A stretch of DNA of 64,000 bases from Rhynchobatus australiae (Eukaryota): the NCBI GenBank assembly GCA_034780895.1, contig JAUZTB010000127.1, positions 82,473,988 to 82,537,987 of the forward strand, read 5' to 3'. Made by a program: the position numbers and the translations under genes. This document shows positions 1-13,439 of this stretch, piece after piece. The notes below the pieces were generated by a model that made no database searches, was not told the origin of the DNA, and saw only the letters and a list, made by a program, of their open reading frames with translations. How positions within the stretch are numbered: the stretch's first letter is position 1; every line of letters begins with the position of its first letter.

Positions 1-1819
1 TTATGCATGTTATGCTGGTGCCATTCCGTCCCTCCCTTTTATCTTGCTTTTAATGTTTAAAACCACAGCTCATGTATAATCTGGAACCAGACATGCTGTC
101 TGGATATTCCCTGCAGTGACATTATTAAGTGCTACTCAAGTGTCACCATCAATGAGATGTGCCTTCAGAATGAGTTCTAAGCTTATTGAAGGATTCCAGC
201 TCATCATATAACTTTAATATTTTGCTGACATGTAAATGATTTCAAAGCACAAACACATTTTTTTGCATGTGATGAAAGGCAAATGACAATGAATTGCACC
301 TGCAAGGATAACATTTACTATATTTCAGATCTCATGCTCATTAATACTCTTGGTCCAATTTGGAGTATAGGTCTCTCTCTCTCTACAATGTGCTCGGCCC
401 TCTTTCACTAGTCTGAAAATTCTGCATTCTTCCTGCCCTACCAGCAGGTATTTGCTATTTAGCCCAGAGTTAAGGGCAATTTTGTATGGTACGGCCTTAA
501 CACAGGGAAGGAGGTTGAAACTCAGGTCTTCTAATATCCATTCACAGAAAAAATTTGCCACCCACACTGATTTGGCCTACATGAGACTCCAGACCCTACA
601 AATACGGTTGACTTTCATATGCCTGTACAGTTCAGTGCAATTAGGGATGGGCAGTAAATTCAGGAATCATCAACAATGTTCACATCCTGTGTATAAATGA
701 ACATTCAAAAACATACCTTTCAGATAAAAACTTCAGACCATGGGCAAAGGCAGCCTTCACTCACCATATTGGAACCAAACCCAATCTGACGAACATGTTC
801 TACACTTTACTCCAAAAGTTGCAAACTATTTTTTTTAAATTGTGTGCAAGAATGAAAGGGATTTCACCAATTCAGATTTAAACAAAACATTCTCCTATTT
901 ATTTTCTTCATGTACATATCAAATAATTTTAAAGTTTTGATCGGTAAGATTACTTGTACATAAATGTTAATGTATCTCATTATTTGTGTTTGTATTATCC
1001 AATGATCATCTCACAAATGTGAGAATATGCTTCATCTTCACCTGGATGGAAGAGGCTCTGGCCTTTAATCAGACACCATCTCCTGATTGGGTGTCATTCA
1101 AAATGCAAGATTGATTGCATTTTGCAAAGAAATCTGCAGGAACTCCCACTAAAGCCACAAACAACGTCTAATGAAGCAGACTTCGTGGAAAATTCTGACC
1201 AATGGACAAGATCACATCACAGAGCATCTGAGTGTTCAGGTAAACTTTAGATCAGAAGAGCATCACATCAATAAGATAAGCACATCCTCCATGGTCATTA
1301 ACAGTGACCAACAACTATCCTGGTGTTGAACTGAACTGATGGTTTGGTCAAGTAGCCTGATGAGCCACAATTGAACTCCAATATGTACCACCTGTTCCTA
1401 GCAGGTACAGTTTATGATCATGGCCCAAATCAAGGACCAAATGGGATATCACACCCAGTGCTCCAGAGCTTCTTCCTTCTATTGTTGTGACTGACTAAAC
1501 TGAGCCCCATGTAAGCTGTAACTGGGAGATACAAAAGGCTTTATTCAGTATAGCAGATCTTCAGGAGAGAATCTAATTCTCGTCTCCTTACACAATGTGT
1601 TATACTTTCTGAACACAAAGACAATAATAAACAACTAACTACAGTTTCAATGGCCATAATTACCTACTTTAACATTTTAAATGTAGACAGATAACTTTGG
1701 AGAATTACATATTTACAATGGTAGCACATCCCAACTAACAAACTCTTTGAAAATTCAATACTGGTGACTGGTCCAAAAGTTTCTGAGCACAAATTTCAGA
1801 CACATATACCCCTTTTGTT

Positions 1820-2056
1820 AAAGAAACAAAGGACTGCAGAGGGTGGAATCTAGATGAAAAACACGATGATGCTGGAGGAACTCAGCAGGCCAGGCAGCAT
1901 CCATGGAGAAAAAAGCGGGCGGTCAACATTTCGGGTCAGGACCCTGCTTCAGGACTAAAGATAGGAAAAGGGAAAGCCAATATATAGGAGGGAAAAGCAG
2001 AGTAGTGATAGGTAGATGCAGGAAAGAGATAGTGATTGGCAGGTGCAGGGGAGGAC
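1820..2056 (-). mobile_element. Penelope-like terminal repeat with hammerhead-like motif, running into an assembly gap
   Basis: Reverse complement closely matches ~14670-14925. Motif AGTC-CTGAAGC-A-GGGTC-CT-GACCC-GAAA-TG-TT-GACC at 1956-1921. Confidence 0.82.
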
Positions 2057-3147
2057 NNNNNNNNNNNNNNNNNNNNNNNNNNNNNNNNNNNNNNNNNNNN
2101 NNNNNNNNNNNNNNNNNNNNNNNNNNNNNNNNNNNNNNNNNNNNNNNNNNNNNNNNNNNNNNNNNNNNNNNNNNNNNNNNNNNNNNNNNNNNNNNNNNNN
2201 NNNNNNNNNNNNNNNNNNNNNNNNNNNNNNNNNNNNNNNNNNNNNNNNNNNNNNNNNNNNNNNNNNNNNNNNNNNNNNNNNNNNNNNNNNNNNNNNNNNN
2301 NNNNNNNNNNNNNNNNNNNNNNNNNNNNNNNNNNNNNNNNNNNNNNNNNNNNNNNNNNNNNNNNNNNNNNNNNNNNNNNNNNNNNNNNNNNNNNNNNNNN
2401 NNNNNNNNNNNNNNNNNNNNNNNNNNNNNNNNNNNNNNNNNNNNNNNNNNNNNNNNNNNNNNNNNNNNNNNNNNNNNNNNNNNNNNNNNNNNNNNNNNNN
2501 NNNNNNNNNNNNNNNNNNNNNNNNNNNNNNNNNNNNNNNNNNNATCAGAATGTCCCACACCCAACAATTGGTTTCAACAGCTTTAAGTATCAGTTGAAGT
2601 TAAATTGTGACCAGGTTTTATTTCCTGAAGACTGATTCACATTTTAGCTAATATCTGCTATCCATAATTTCATAACTCCAGAATAATCCCAAACATTATG
2701 ATAATGCCAAGGGTTGGAATTCTGAATTACAGAATCCAACAGCAAACACAGTCAACCACCGACAGCGAGAGGGGGAAGGGAGATGTGGAGTGTTGGCTAA
2801 AGAACAAACAATCAGTAGTCCCATCGTGGAGAAGTGAGCTGTGCACGGATTTATGAAGTACTCAGCCAGGAAGCCCCAACTAAAGTCATGAATGTGATTT
2901 TATGCAGAGCAACTTGCAGTTTATTGTGCAAATGCCGCTTCTAAATTAAAACTGCTGGAACTTTTATCAGGTTTTTGTTATTTTAAGCAACAAAGGCAAA
3001 TCAAAAATGACTAGGTAGAACCACGAGTTATTAAAAGGGAAGATAAAAGGACCACTAATGCCACATTCAAGATATGTCATACAATAGTACAGCTTTAAAT
3101 TAAAAGAGTGATCATTTCTCAATTAATGAAGAGAGATTTTCCACTTA

Positions 3148-3312
<165 letters not shown>

Positions 3313-3382
3313 CTAATTAGTTAAGGATCCTTTGAAGTTAGAAGTCTGCACGAATCAAGAGGGGTTATTTTTAAATACATAC

Positions 3383-3563
3383 TTAATTTTTCAAGGATCT
3401 CTTCATCTGTCATCTTGGATTTCTTCCTTTGTTTGTCGGTGTTTCTGCAGAGCTGGCTGTTCAGACCACTCACATTTTCAGGTGGTGTTGTGACTGGAGA
3501 AGTTGTCACATCTTTGACAGGTGCCACTGGAACAATGGGCTCAATTACTGATCGGGTAAAAAT
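3383..3563 (-). CDS. PAK3: PAK3 coding exon 6 (linker to kinase domain)
   Basis: IFTRSVIEPIVPVAPVKDVTTSPVTTPPENVSGLNSQLCRNTDKQRKKSKMTDEEILEKL+A, 181 nt. Acceptor ttttctttctccag, donor A|GTATGT. Confidence 0.96.
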
Positions 3564-4399
3564 CTGGAGAAAGAAAAGGATTGGTCAGAATCACAACACA
3601 AACAACTCATTAAAATGTATAAATGCTCTCCAGACAGCAAAGCATCAAACTTAAAACTGAGCTGTACAAAACAAGGTGGTTCCTGTTGCCAAGTGGGAAA
3701 GGAATGTGTTGAGGTCTGGCTGCTAATTAACATCAAGCACCTCCTACAATGGAGAGAGATTAATTTTCAAATTGAGCATGCACAGAAAACTAAATTTTTC
3801 TCTGATTTTTCAAAGGAAAGGAAAATTGGGCAAGGTGTGTACTTGAACAACTTTCACAATTGCAAATGTGACTCCTGTATCCAACGTTACAATTACCCTT
3901 GAGACAGGCAGAGGTAGATCAGTGTACTGCCCCTATGGAAGTATAGTCTGTTCACGTCAATTGGATTGATTTACAGAATAAGCACAGATATACGATAAGA
4001 ATCCAAGGAATTATAGTTAAGAATGAGTTTAGGACTACTGGGGAGAAATGCAAGGGTGAACGGTCAAATTAAAAAAAAATTCAAGGTTGTTCTAAATCTT
4101 CATTCTTTTTTCACTCCATTTTATGTGCAAAATTTGGCTTGAAATTCTGTGAGGAACTGCTCCCATAGTGATCAGGATGAAAATAGTTGGATCGTTTCAA
4201 ATATTTTGTTTTACAGCTTTAAATTGTCTTTATCCAACAATTCACTTTCAGGATTTAAATCCAAAACATTCCAGGGGTTAAAAGAAACCCAATGCACTGT
4301 TAGTCTACCATTTGCTGGAAGCTTGGCATCATTCAATGCACGTGAAACTACGCTGCAGATGTTAAGAATACTAGAACACAAGAAAAAGAAACAGAAGCC

Positions 4400-5200
4400 T
4401 TTGAGCCTGCTTTGCTGTTTGGTAGGATTTAGTTGATCCCATGCATAAAGTCCACTTTCCTATATCCTCCAATTCCCTTGGTGTCTAAAAATGTATTGAA
4501 CTCAACAACTACGACACTAAAGGTGGAGAATTCCAAAGACTTACAACACTATGTGAGGAAATTTCTCCTCAACTCAGTCCTTACCCTGCCACAATGCTCA
4601 CTGTTTCTGCACTTTATAGCCTAAGGAAACAGCTCTCATTATCCACCCTATTGATCTATTTCAAAAGCTTGTGTTTGAACATTAACACTCACCTTCTAAA
4701 TTTGAGTGAGTGTAGGTCATTCCTAATCAAGCTCTCCTCAAAAGCACTACTCAATCCTTCCAGGTGAATTGACACTTCCATGCTCCCAGAGCAAGAGGAC
4801 CCTTCTTAAGGGATGGAGACCAAATCAAAATATAATACTCCAGGTGTGGACTCACCAAGACCCTGTAAAACTGCAGCAAGACTTCCTTACTCTTACACTC
4901 CAACCTCCAACGTAGAATTTGATTTCCTAATTACTTAACGTATCTATAAATTAAATTTTCAGTGATACATGAACCAGCACACCAAGATCCCTCTGTACAC
5001 AAACTAATTTNNNNNNNNNNNNNNNNNNNNNNNNNNNNNNNNNNNNNNNNNTACATTCTCCAACCTTGTATCCATTTAGCACAAACATCACACTTTGTCT
5101 ATATCCTTTTGCAGATCCTTTGTAGCCTTCTCACTTTCCCACCTTGCTTTGTATTGTCATCAAATTTAGATGCATTATGTTGTTCTCATTCCTTGGCAAC
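4400..5200 (-). mobile_element. Decayed CR1-type LINE fragment
   Basis: Reverse-strand resemblance to the CR1 copies (ggagaccaaa..aatactccaggtgtgg.ctcaccaa, ccaagatccctctgtac, gtattgtcatcaaattt). Confidence 0.6.
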
Positions 5201-8189
5201 ATAATAAAAGATTTTTACGATATCCTGAATTAAATTCCGATATCCTGAATAATCATAATTTAACTAAACCACACACGAACGCAAGCTAGCTGTTTGCAAG
5301 GTAGCACTCGGCAAAACAACATTTCAACACTAACCCAAATACTTCAACTGAGTTCATTGTTCTGAGGAAACAGTAGCCAAGGAAATGATAACTAAGTCAC
5401 GTTAGCCTAATAAATAGGCATGATCATTTTATGTCTTGTTAATAGTCATCAATCACGTAGAACTTGTAGGATTTTAGATGCATTCTTAGTCTGGATAATT
5501 CTGAGGTGAAGTTTATAAAGCAAAAACATGCAATCAACTGACAACTTTTCAGTTTCATTGCATTTTTTAAAAAAAGTAGTATTTTCCAGTTTATTGCAAA
5601 ATTTTATTACAATATTGGTCTATTAAAATGCATTGACTTCGGAGGCCAGCATGGAAGTGTGGGGTTTTGATCACGTCATGTTCCTCAGAAAAGGTGAGTG
5701 AAAGATTAAGTAGTTGTTAAGATCCAGGCGAGACTTTGTGAAATTACTGATAAGCAGTAATCTCGTCTCTACTGTTGTGAGATTACTCTTTTCGATTCAG
5801 TAACTGAGTTTTAGTAATTTCAAATCAACTAACATTTTTTTAGGCACCAAAGCTCCCAAGGGTTATAAAATATAGATATGATGCAACATTTTTTGTTTAA
5901 GGTGACTGTAAGAACTGATTTAAAACTACAAAGATCCCAAAACATTAGCGTACTTATACCAGAACGTCATGTGCACTTAGAAAGCATTCTTTTACCAGAA
6001 AAGCATTTACATATATTATTTACTGGCTGCTTTATGTAGATATTTTCCCAAGCCTTTAAAACAACATGATGATACAATGCGCTTCATGGAATTTGTATAT
6101 TGCTAGTCTGGAGGAAGTGATATTTAAAAAAAAGTAAAAAATACAATTTGGGAGGACTCATGTACAGTAATACAGACCTACATTGTGATAAGGTATTTAC
6201 ATTNNNNNNNNNNNNNNNNNNNNNNNNNNNNNNNNNNNNNNNNNNNNNNNNNNNNNNNNNNNNNNNNNNNNNNNNNNNNNNNNNNNNNNNNNNNNNNNNN
6301 NNNNNNNNNNNNNNNNNNNNNNNNNNNNNNNNNNNNNNNNNNNNNNNNNNNNNNNNNNNNNNNNNNNNNNNNNNNNNNNNNNNNNNNNNNNNNNATTTTG
6401 CAGTGCAGGAGTGAGACATGGCAGGTACTAATTCCTGCACTCTCACAGAGGCCTGATAATTTATACAAGGAAGCAGGGGAGAGTCACATCAAGATTGCAG
6501 CCTAACTTCCGATTGTAATAGACACTTCAGGGATACTTTGTTGGGATCATAGCAGGGTAATTAGTTGCAGAATTGCCCTCTTTTTCCCTCCCAGGGCTGT
6601 ACATTTCACCCCCCCCCCCCACCAAACAGCTGCTTGCAGTCAGGATTGGCTCAACGTGGAAAGGAGGTCAAGCTCTGAGAAAAAAAGAGAAAAAGCCTTT
6701 CTGTGTCACCAACACTACAGCATGATGGAACTTAAATAGCAGAGAAATATTTACTTGAGCAGTCCTCATGTTGGACAGCAAGGTCAATTTACTCATGTGC
6801 AACATTGCACAGTGTCTGTATTATGAACTCTGTCAGCCCTTGCTCTAAACTACTTTACTTGTGTCACATTCATCATACTCGACAGCAATTTAATTTAGAT
6901 TCCCCTCACTGTAAAAACATTGAATTCTATGGAGTCTGCTATTATAAATCATTCTTCTGCAGTCCAAACTGGTATAAGAGATGATGCACGCCTCATTTTT
7001 GTTCCAGATTTCCCTAAATTTGGGCAAAATCCATTTTCTTCCTAGTTATAACAATTTAATGATGATCCTTCATAAATTGTCAATACTGGGAAAAGGTCTA
7101 AGTACAAGGCTCACAAGGTGAAAACATTAGTATGTTAAAGAGGGTCAGGAGGGGGCCACATATGGTTTGGTCATCAGCAAATTCACTATGAAATGAACAC
7201 TGACATTTAAAAATCCCTTACTTGGTAGTTTGCCTTGGTAATGTTATTGAGAAATAAATGTTGGCCAGAATACAATACTTCCTGGAATCTTTTACAACTG
7301 ACAGAGAGAAAGAGCTTGGTTTGATGCTTTTTCTGACAGTCCAGCTTTGGTACCCCTCCTTCAGCCTCAACTTTCTGGATAGAGATTTGATTCTAACAAT
7401 GTTCTGCAAAAATCTGCCAGACAGCTACTAAAAGTCTCTCCACTATTCAAAACAAGGTACTAAAGCATAAATGTATTGCCACATCAGGTAACTAAAAGGA
7501 AAACAGAATGCTGCAGTGCATCATTTATTTATATAACAACACTGCTTTGTATTCCAGTGATAATATACTAGTTTGTCTTGTAACTGAAAAAAACTGGCAC
7601 TGAATTTTCCCAAGTATAGCTCACACGGAATTCTGTCCGATGTTAGTACTGGTTGGAAAATTGCAGTAGTTTTTTGTTAAATGCAGAGGGAGTTTTAGCA
7701 CAAACTCAAAGTAATACTGCTTCCAGTTATTTACAAACCAGTAAATTTAGTGCATTGCATGTGATACTAAATTATGCTCCTTTCATTATAATTAATAATT
7801 CTATCCATTTGTGCAAAGTACGTGTGATAGAATTTTTAATCAGAAAACTGATTATGCGGTACCTACTGTGCAGTATCCACTAGTTTCTTCCTAACCCTTC
7901 CATGCATATGACGTGTTAACACACAGAGGCATAAGTAATTGCATGCAAGAACATACAACACATGTCCAGATATCCCTTCTGCAAAATTCATTTGCGAGTT
8001 CATAGCCTGCGGACAGTGCAGTCCACTCATGCAGAAGCAGGATTTCATTGTAATTCGAGGCCTCCTTTGGTGAAACTTAAAGGAAACCTGCCCGAGCAGA
8101 GTCTCAGTCAGTGAAGCTGGGAACTGACTTCAGCTGAGTGTCCTTTAAGTAAAATTCATATCCCTCACCGCAGCTCTTTCTTATTTATA

Positions 8190-8545
8190 TATCATTATGG
8201 CACAGAAGATGGCCATTTGGCCCAATGGATCAATGGCAACTTCCAGCAAACAATTCCATTAATCCTGTACCCTCTCTGTATTTTCCAGTGTCCCTGCAAC
8301 TTATTCTCTCTCACATGCCCATCAACTGCCCTTCAATTCTTTTGCCACTTACCAACACTACAGGGTAATTTCCAGTGGCCAATTAACTTATCAACACATC
8401 TTTGAGATGTAGAAGGAACTGGGAGTGCCCAGGCAGAAACCCATGGGGAGAATGAGCAAGCTCTACATTGACAGCACTTCAAGTCAGTGTCAAATCCCTG
8501 AAGTTGAGAGACAGTGGCACTAGCTGTCTCTCCATCGTGTCACCC
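8190..8545 (-). mobile_element. V-SINE (HE1-like), decayed
   Basis: Reverse-strand V-domain remnants (gaaacccatggggagaatgagcaagctc, ttccagtggccaattaac) and tail ggccatttggccca. Confidence 0.75.
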
Positions 8546-9045
8546 TCTCTATCAGGGCTCCAAGTCTACCACCAACCCCTGGTCCCCTCCAGTCACAATT
8601 CTGAATCCCCACCTAGCTGATTCTGACCATCTCCTGACTCTGCCAGTTGATCCCCAATGATGAACACCTACATCTATTGCTGAGTGCAAACAGTACTCAG
8701 TCCTTCATCTTCTAGGTCCCCAACCACAATAGAATTTTGATCTGGTATGCCTTTACAATTTAAACACATACTTTGGCCCACCACACGTTTAGCACATCTT
8801 CCAGACGTCAAAGAATTTGGTGACCACACTTAATTCCTCCAATATCAGATCAAGGATAACAATTACACCATATATTACATAATTTTTTCATTTTGTTACA
8901 TATGACGTTACTAATGGACCATTCCCTCAAATACTTAATGACAAAGATACTCAGGAAATGTTATAGCCACATTCTGGACTGAACATGACCGACGATCTGA
9001 CCCATGTGTACAAGAGCACTGTAGTGAAGCATGAGTTGCACTGAC

Positions 9046-9162
9046 CGATTTTGTGTGTTCAGGCCGAGGAGCTATCACTGGTGGGGGCATATTGTCATCA
9101 TCCTCGTCATCGTCCTCCGACACGGGTGGTACAACCGGTGGTTCTGATGCTATCTTTGTGTT
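9046..9162 (-). CDS. PAK3: PAK3 coding exon 5 (acidic tract and PIX-binding motif)
   Basis: [39 protein letters not shown], 117 nt. Acceptor ttgttcatcacag, donor TCG|GTCAGT. Confidence 0.96.
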
Positions 9163-10860
9163 CTGTGATGAACAAAGCAGCATTACATTTCTGCTTCTAA
9201 ATCAGATTCTTCTTCAATCAAGACAACATAAATAGCAACACCTTAATTATGCAGACCAGGAAGGCTGGTGCTCTCAGTACTAAAATGATGCTAGGCTGCA
9301 AAATTTTTTATATGAAAACAGTTCTTACAGAAAACAGTATTTAGACATATTACATAGGATTGAATAAGGCACACCCCTGTATGCACTACAATGTCATAAC
9401 CATTCTATTATTCAAGCCATTCCTCCCTTGCATAATGACCAAATTTTGGAAAAAGCAAACATGTAAAAAGCAATACTCCAATGAGCATCACTAATTTATG
9501 CAATACTGAACTTATATGGAGAAAACATGAAACAGTTGTTTAGCATATCCCAATTCCCGTTCACCCATCAGTACTCTGCTTGCTGCCATACCTTTGGCCC
9601 CACGTGAGTAATGCCTCAATGTTAAAATTCTCATCTTTGTTTTCCAACGTGCCAAGGATCTGTATTATTCAGGTTCCTCTAATTTTGGCCACTTCTGCAT
9701 GCACAATTTTAAATCGGTCTACACTGTTGGCTGTGTCTTCAGCTCCCTGCATTCTAAGCTCTCAAATCATCTTCCTAAAACCCACCCTTTCTATACTCAT
9801 CTTCTTTCCTTTAAGACACATCTTAAAAGCTATCTCTTTGACCAAGCATTTGGTTATCTTACATAATATCTTTGTTGTTTGGTATCAATTTCTGTTTCCT
9901 GNNNNNNNNNNNNNNNNNNNNNNNNNNNNNNNNNNNGTTAGAGATATTTTACAAATTGATATATTGCTGGATAGCATGGCTGTGTGTTCCAGATTCAAAA
10001 TCCGATGTCACGATAAACTCTGATTATTTCCTATTAGGCTCCCTGGCTCTGAATGGCTGAGCTCCTAGTGGAATTTACTATTCGTTATATTTTTACCTTT
10101 GGAATGGTCCAAATATTTTTTTCTGAACAGTAAATATTGACATCTTAGAAGCTGGACGGAATCCAAGCTGATGGATACTAAGCTAGTTGAAGTTACAGCA
10201 TCCATCAGCTTTTATTAATTCAGCTGCCTTCTGAGTTTCTAGTCAGACTCTTTATGCTTGCTCCCTGCCCCTCCCTCCCCAATTTTAAGTAATTTGGAGG
10301 GAGAAACAACAAATGTAGGCAGCAATCACCGAAGAATATTCCAAGGAACATTCCCCCTTATGTATATTTCACAAGAGGACTTTTGACAAGAAAATTTCCT
10401 TTACAAAAGCAGCCACAGTACAAAGTTGCTGCCTTAACTCCTGCCTTAAGTGGAACTCTCTTGCTGGAAAATAATACACAAAGCTCAGTCATGGCACAGA
10501 TGGCAGGTTCCACTTCCATACAAGGGAATGCTGCTGGGGACATTTGACAGAGAATCAGTGTGCTGTCCAATGTCTGCAATGATTCCTGCCCACCCATTGC
10601 TGCCATAGTTTAAATTGTCATTTCAAATGGATGAGAGAGAATAAAAACCTCACATGCTGCCTGGTGTCCAGGAGACGTTGAGGAGAGACAACACAAGAGT
10701 GGGATTCTATACCGAAACAAAGTAACTTGTTTCTTTGTAAATTGACTATTTGCAGTTTCAATTACATTTCTGTAGGCACAAGAATAATGTACTGTCTGCC
10801 AACTCAAAAAAATACCAACTTTATTGATTTTAATCCCAAATATATCACCACGTTAACTTG

Positions 10861-11225
10861 GGCATCACAGTAGTGAAGCAGGCAGTGCTGCTGCCCAATT
10901 GCTCCAGTGTTTGATCCTGACTTCTGGTGCTGTGTTTGGAGTTTGCCTGTTCCCTCTGTGAACATGTAGGATTCCCCACAGGGTCCCCTGGTTTCCTCCC
11001 ACTTCCTAAAAATGTGCTACTTGGCAGGTTAATGGTTATTGTAAATAATCCTGAATAGAATTAGGCGATGAGGGAATCAGGGGTTGTGGGGTGGGGACAT
11101 TGATGGGTATGCAAGAGAGAATAGGTTACGTGAAAATGTGGGGGAATGGGATTGGTGAGAAAATTCTGAGAGCTAGCATGGATTCTAATGGGCCAAATGC
11201 CCATCTTCTACATCATAAGGAAATA
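10861..11225 (+). mobile_element. V-SINE (HE1-like), decayed
   Basis: Head, V-domain (ggagtttgcctgttccctctgtg...ggtttcctcccac) and CR1-like tail (aatgggccaaatg). Confidence 0.8.
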
Positions 11226-11414
11226 TGAAAATACAAGTAAGATATGCATACACAGATCTCACTCAATGAGTTCTCTGTTAACAAACTAATTGAAGTAGAT
11301 TTACCCCTCCCATAACCATTATTTATTTCCTGGAAAGGTAAAGGTCTGTAGGTTTAGTCTGAAGAAGCAGAAGAGGGAATTATGAAGGACCAAGATGAAG
11401 AGAGCCAGCGAAAA

Positions 11415-11550
11415 GCTGAAGTCTGTGGATGCTAGAAATCTGAAATAAAAACTGAAAAGCTATTGGAAATATTCAGCAGGTCATGCAGCACCTGATATTT
11501 TCAGCATTCTGATTTTTTTCCCCAGATTTCCAGCAGCTGCTGTGTTTTTT
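11415..11550. mobile_element. Short palindromic PLE-tail derivative
   Basis: gatgctagaaatctgaaataaaaactgaaaagc... is mirrored by ...ttcagcattctgattttttt..cagatttccagcagc. Confidence 0.6.
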
Positions 11551-12279
11551 TATCTCACAGTTCAAGCATTGCTTTCTTTCCTCTTTTATCGTCATTCATC
11601 TCATCTCATCCAGTCAGATCAACCACAGTTTTCAAGCCTTCACCACAATCTCTCAGCCCCCTTCAGTTGCTCTTGGTTTCCAGCCTATCGCAGACATTCC
11701 CATTGTTCTTGCAGTCCTTCCTCTTTCTCTGCATCTGTGATTTTTCATCTTCTCTCAATTCTGATGAAATATCTTGAAAGGATAGCTCCATTTCTCTCTG
11801 TAGACGCTGCCCAACCTGCTGCATATTTCCAGCATTTACTGTTTCCATTTATGGTAAGAGGCTTGGTGATGTGAGACCAATCAGAATATGTAAAGCAAAG
11901 AAAATTAAATGAGAACTGAAGGGATAACTGTGCTTTTTGAATGTTATAAGGGGTACGAAAGTATAAGCTAATCACTGTTTTTAATGGATCCAAATGGAGG
12001 GAAGTGCAGCAGGCACCTGATTCTAAGAGGCCATCAATAAGCAAAGGAAAATTTCTATTCACAAGGAAGTTACACACATGTTGAATTCAGTAAAAGGAAT
12101 GAGAAAGCAATTTGAACTAGAACACAAACAAAATATGGATGGATTCTTTCCTAATACATTCTTTGAGATCCCAAGAATGTACATTGTTTAATTCAGGCTG
12201 GTGCTACTTACAGCAGCAATCTTAGTGGATGGTATGGGGGAAGGTGGTAAGCAAGAGGGAAGGGAACTCCTTATACTGT

Positions 12280-13432
12280 AGTCATTTGCCAACATAAGAT
12301 GCATGGGATCCACAATGACTTGGCTGTTTGGATTCAGAGTCGGCTTGCCTGTAGAAGACAGAGGATCGTGGTTGATGAGTCTTATTCTGGCTGGAAGTCG
12401 GTGACTAGTGGTGTTCAACGGTAATCATTACTAGGACCACCGCGGTTTGTGATATACAAATAAATTTTGATGAAAACGTGGATGGGCAGCTTAGTAAGTT
12501 TGCTGATGATATAAAGATTGGTGGTATTGTGGACAGTGTAGAAGATTGCCAAAGGATACAGCGGGATATAGATCAGTTGCAGATGTGTGCGGAGAAATGG
12601 TGGATGGAGTTTAATCTAGGCAAGTGTGAGGTGTTGCATTTTGTGAGATCAAATGTAAAGGGATAGAACACAATTAATGGCAGGACCCTTAACAGTGTTG
12701 ATGTACAGAGGGATCTTAGTGTTCAAGTCCATAGCTCCCTGAAAGTGGCCACACGTTGATAGGGTGATAAAGAAGGGATATAGCATGCTTGCTTTTATTG
12801 ATTAAAGCATCTAGTTCAAAAGACATGTAGTCACGTTGCAGCTTTATAAAACTCTTGGTAGGTCACATCTGGAGTACTGCAATCAATTCTGGTCACCCCT
12901 TTATAGGAAGGATGTGGAGGCTTTGGAGACGGTGCAGATGAGGTTTACCAGGATGCTGCCTGGATTAGAGGGTATGAGCTACAAGGAGAGGTTGGACAAA
13001 CTAGGGTTGCTTTCACTACAGTGGCAGAGGCTGAGGAGAGACCTGATAGAAATTTATAAAATTATGAGGGGCATAAATAGAGCAGACAGCCAGCATCTTC
13101 TCCCCCAGGGTCAAAGTGTCTAATATTAGGAGGGCATGCATTTACAGTGAGGGGGGGGGGGGGGAGTTCACAGGACATGTATGGGGCATGGGGTTGTTTT
13201 TTTTATATAAACAGATGGGTGCCTAGAATACACTGCCAGAGATGGTTGTGGAGGCACATACAATAAGAGGCATTTAAGAGGCTCTTGAATGGACACATGA
13301 ATATGCAGAGAACAGAGAGATATGGACCATGTGCAGGCAGAAGGGATTAGTTTAATTGGGTATCATTATTTTAATTAGTTTGGCACAAAATTGTGGGCTG
13401 AAGGGCCTGTTCCCGCACTGACTTGTTCTATG
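12280..13432 (+). mobile_element. CR1-clade (HER1-like) LINE, 5'-truncated and decayed
   Basis: RT motifs SKFADDIKIGG, MEFNLGKCEVLHF, HLEYCNQFWSP, RLRRDLIEIYKIM. 3' tail gtgggctgaagggcctgtt...ttctatg. Confidence 0.93.
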
Positions 13433-13439
13433 AGTGGGT

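Noticed and set aside
1381-1420. gcaggtacagtttat resembling the next kinase exon (SGTVY)
   Set aside because: Wrong strand, and no continuing match or splice sites.
1903-2635. Long ORFs spanning N-runs (also 17611-18079, 51330-52160 and others)
   Set aside because: Artefacts of translating assembly gaps; the flanks are repeat or intron sequence.
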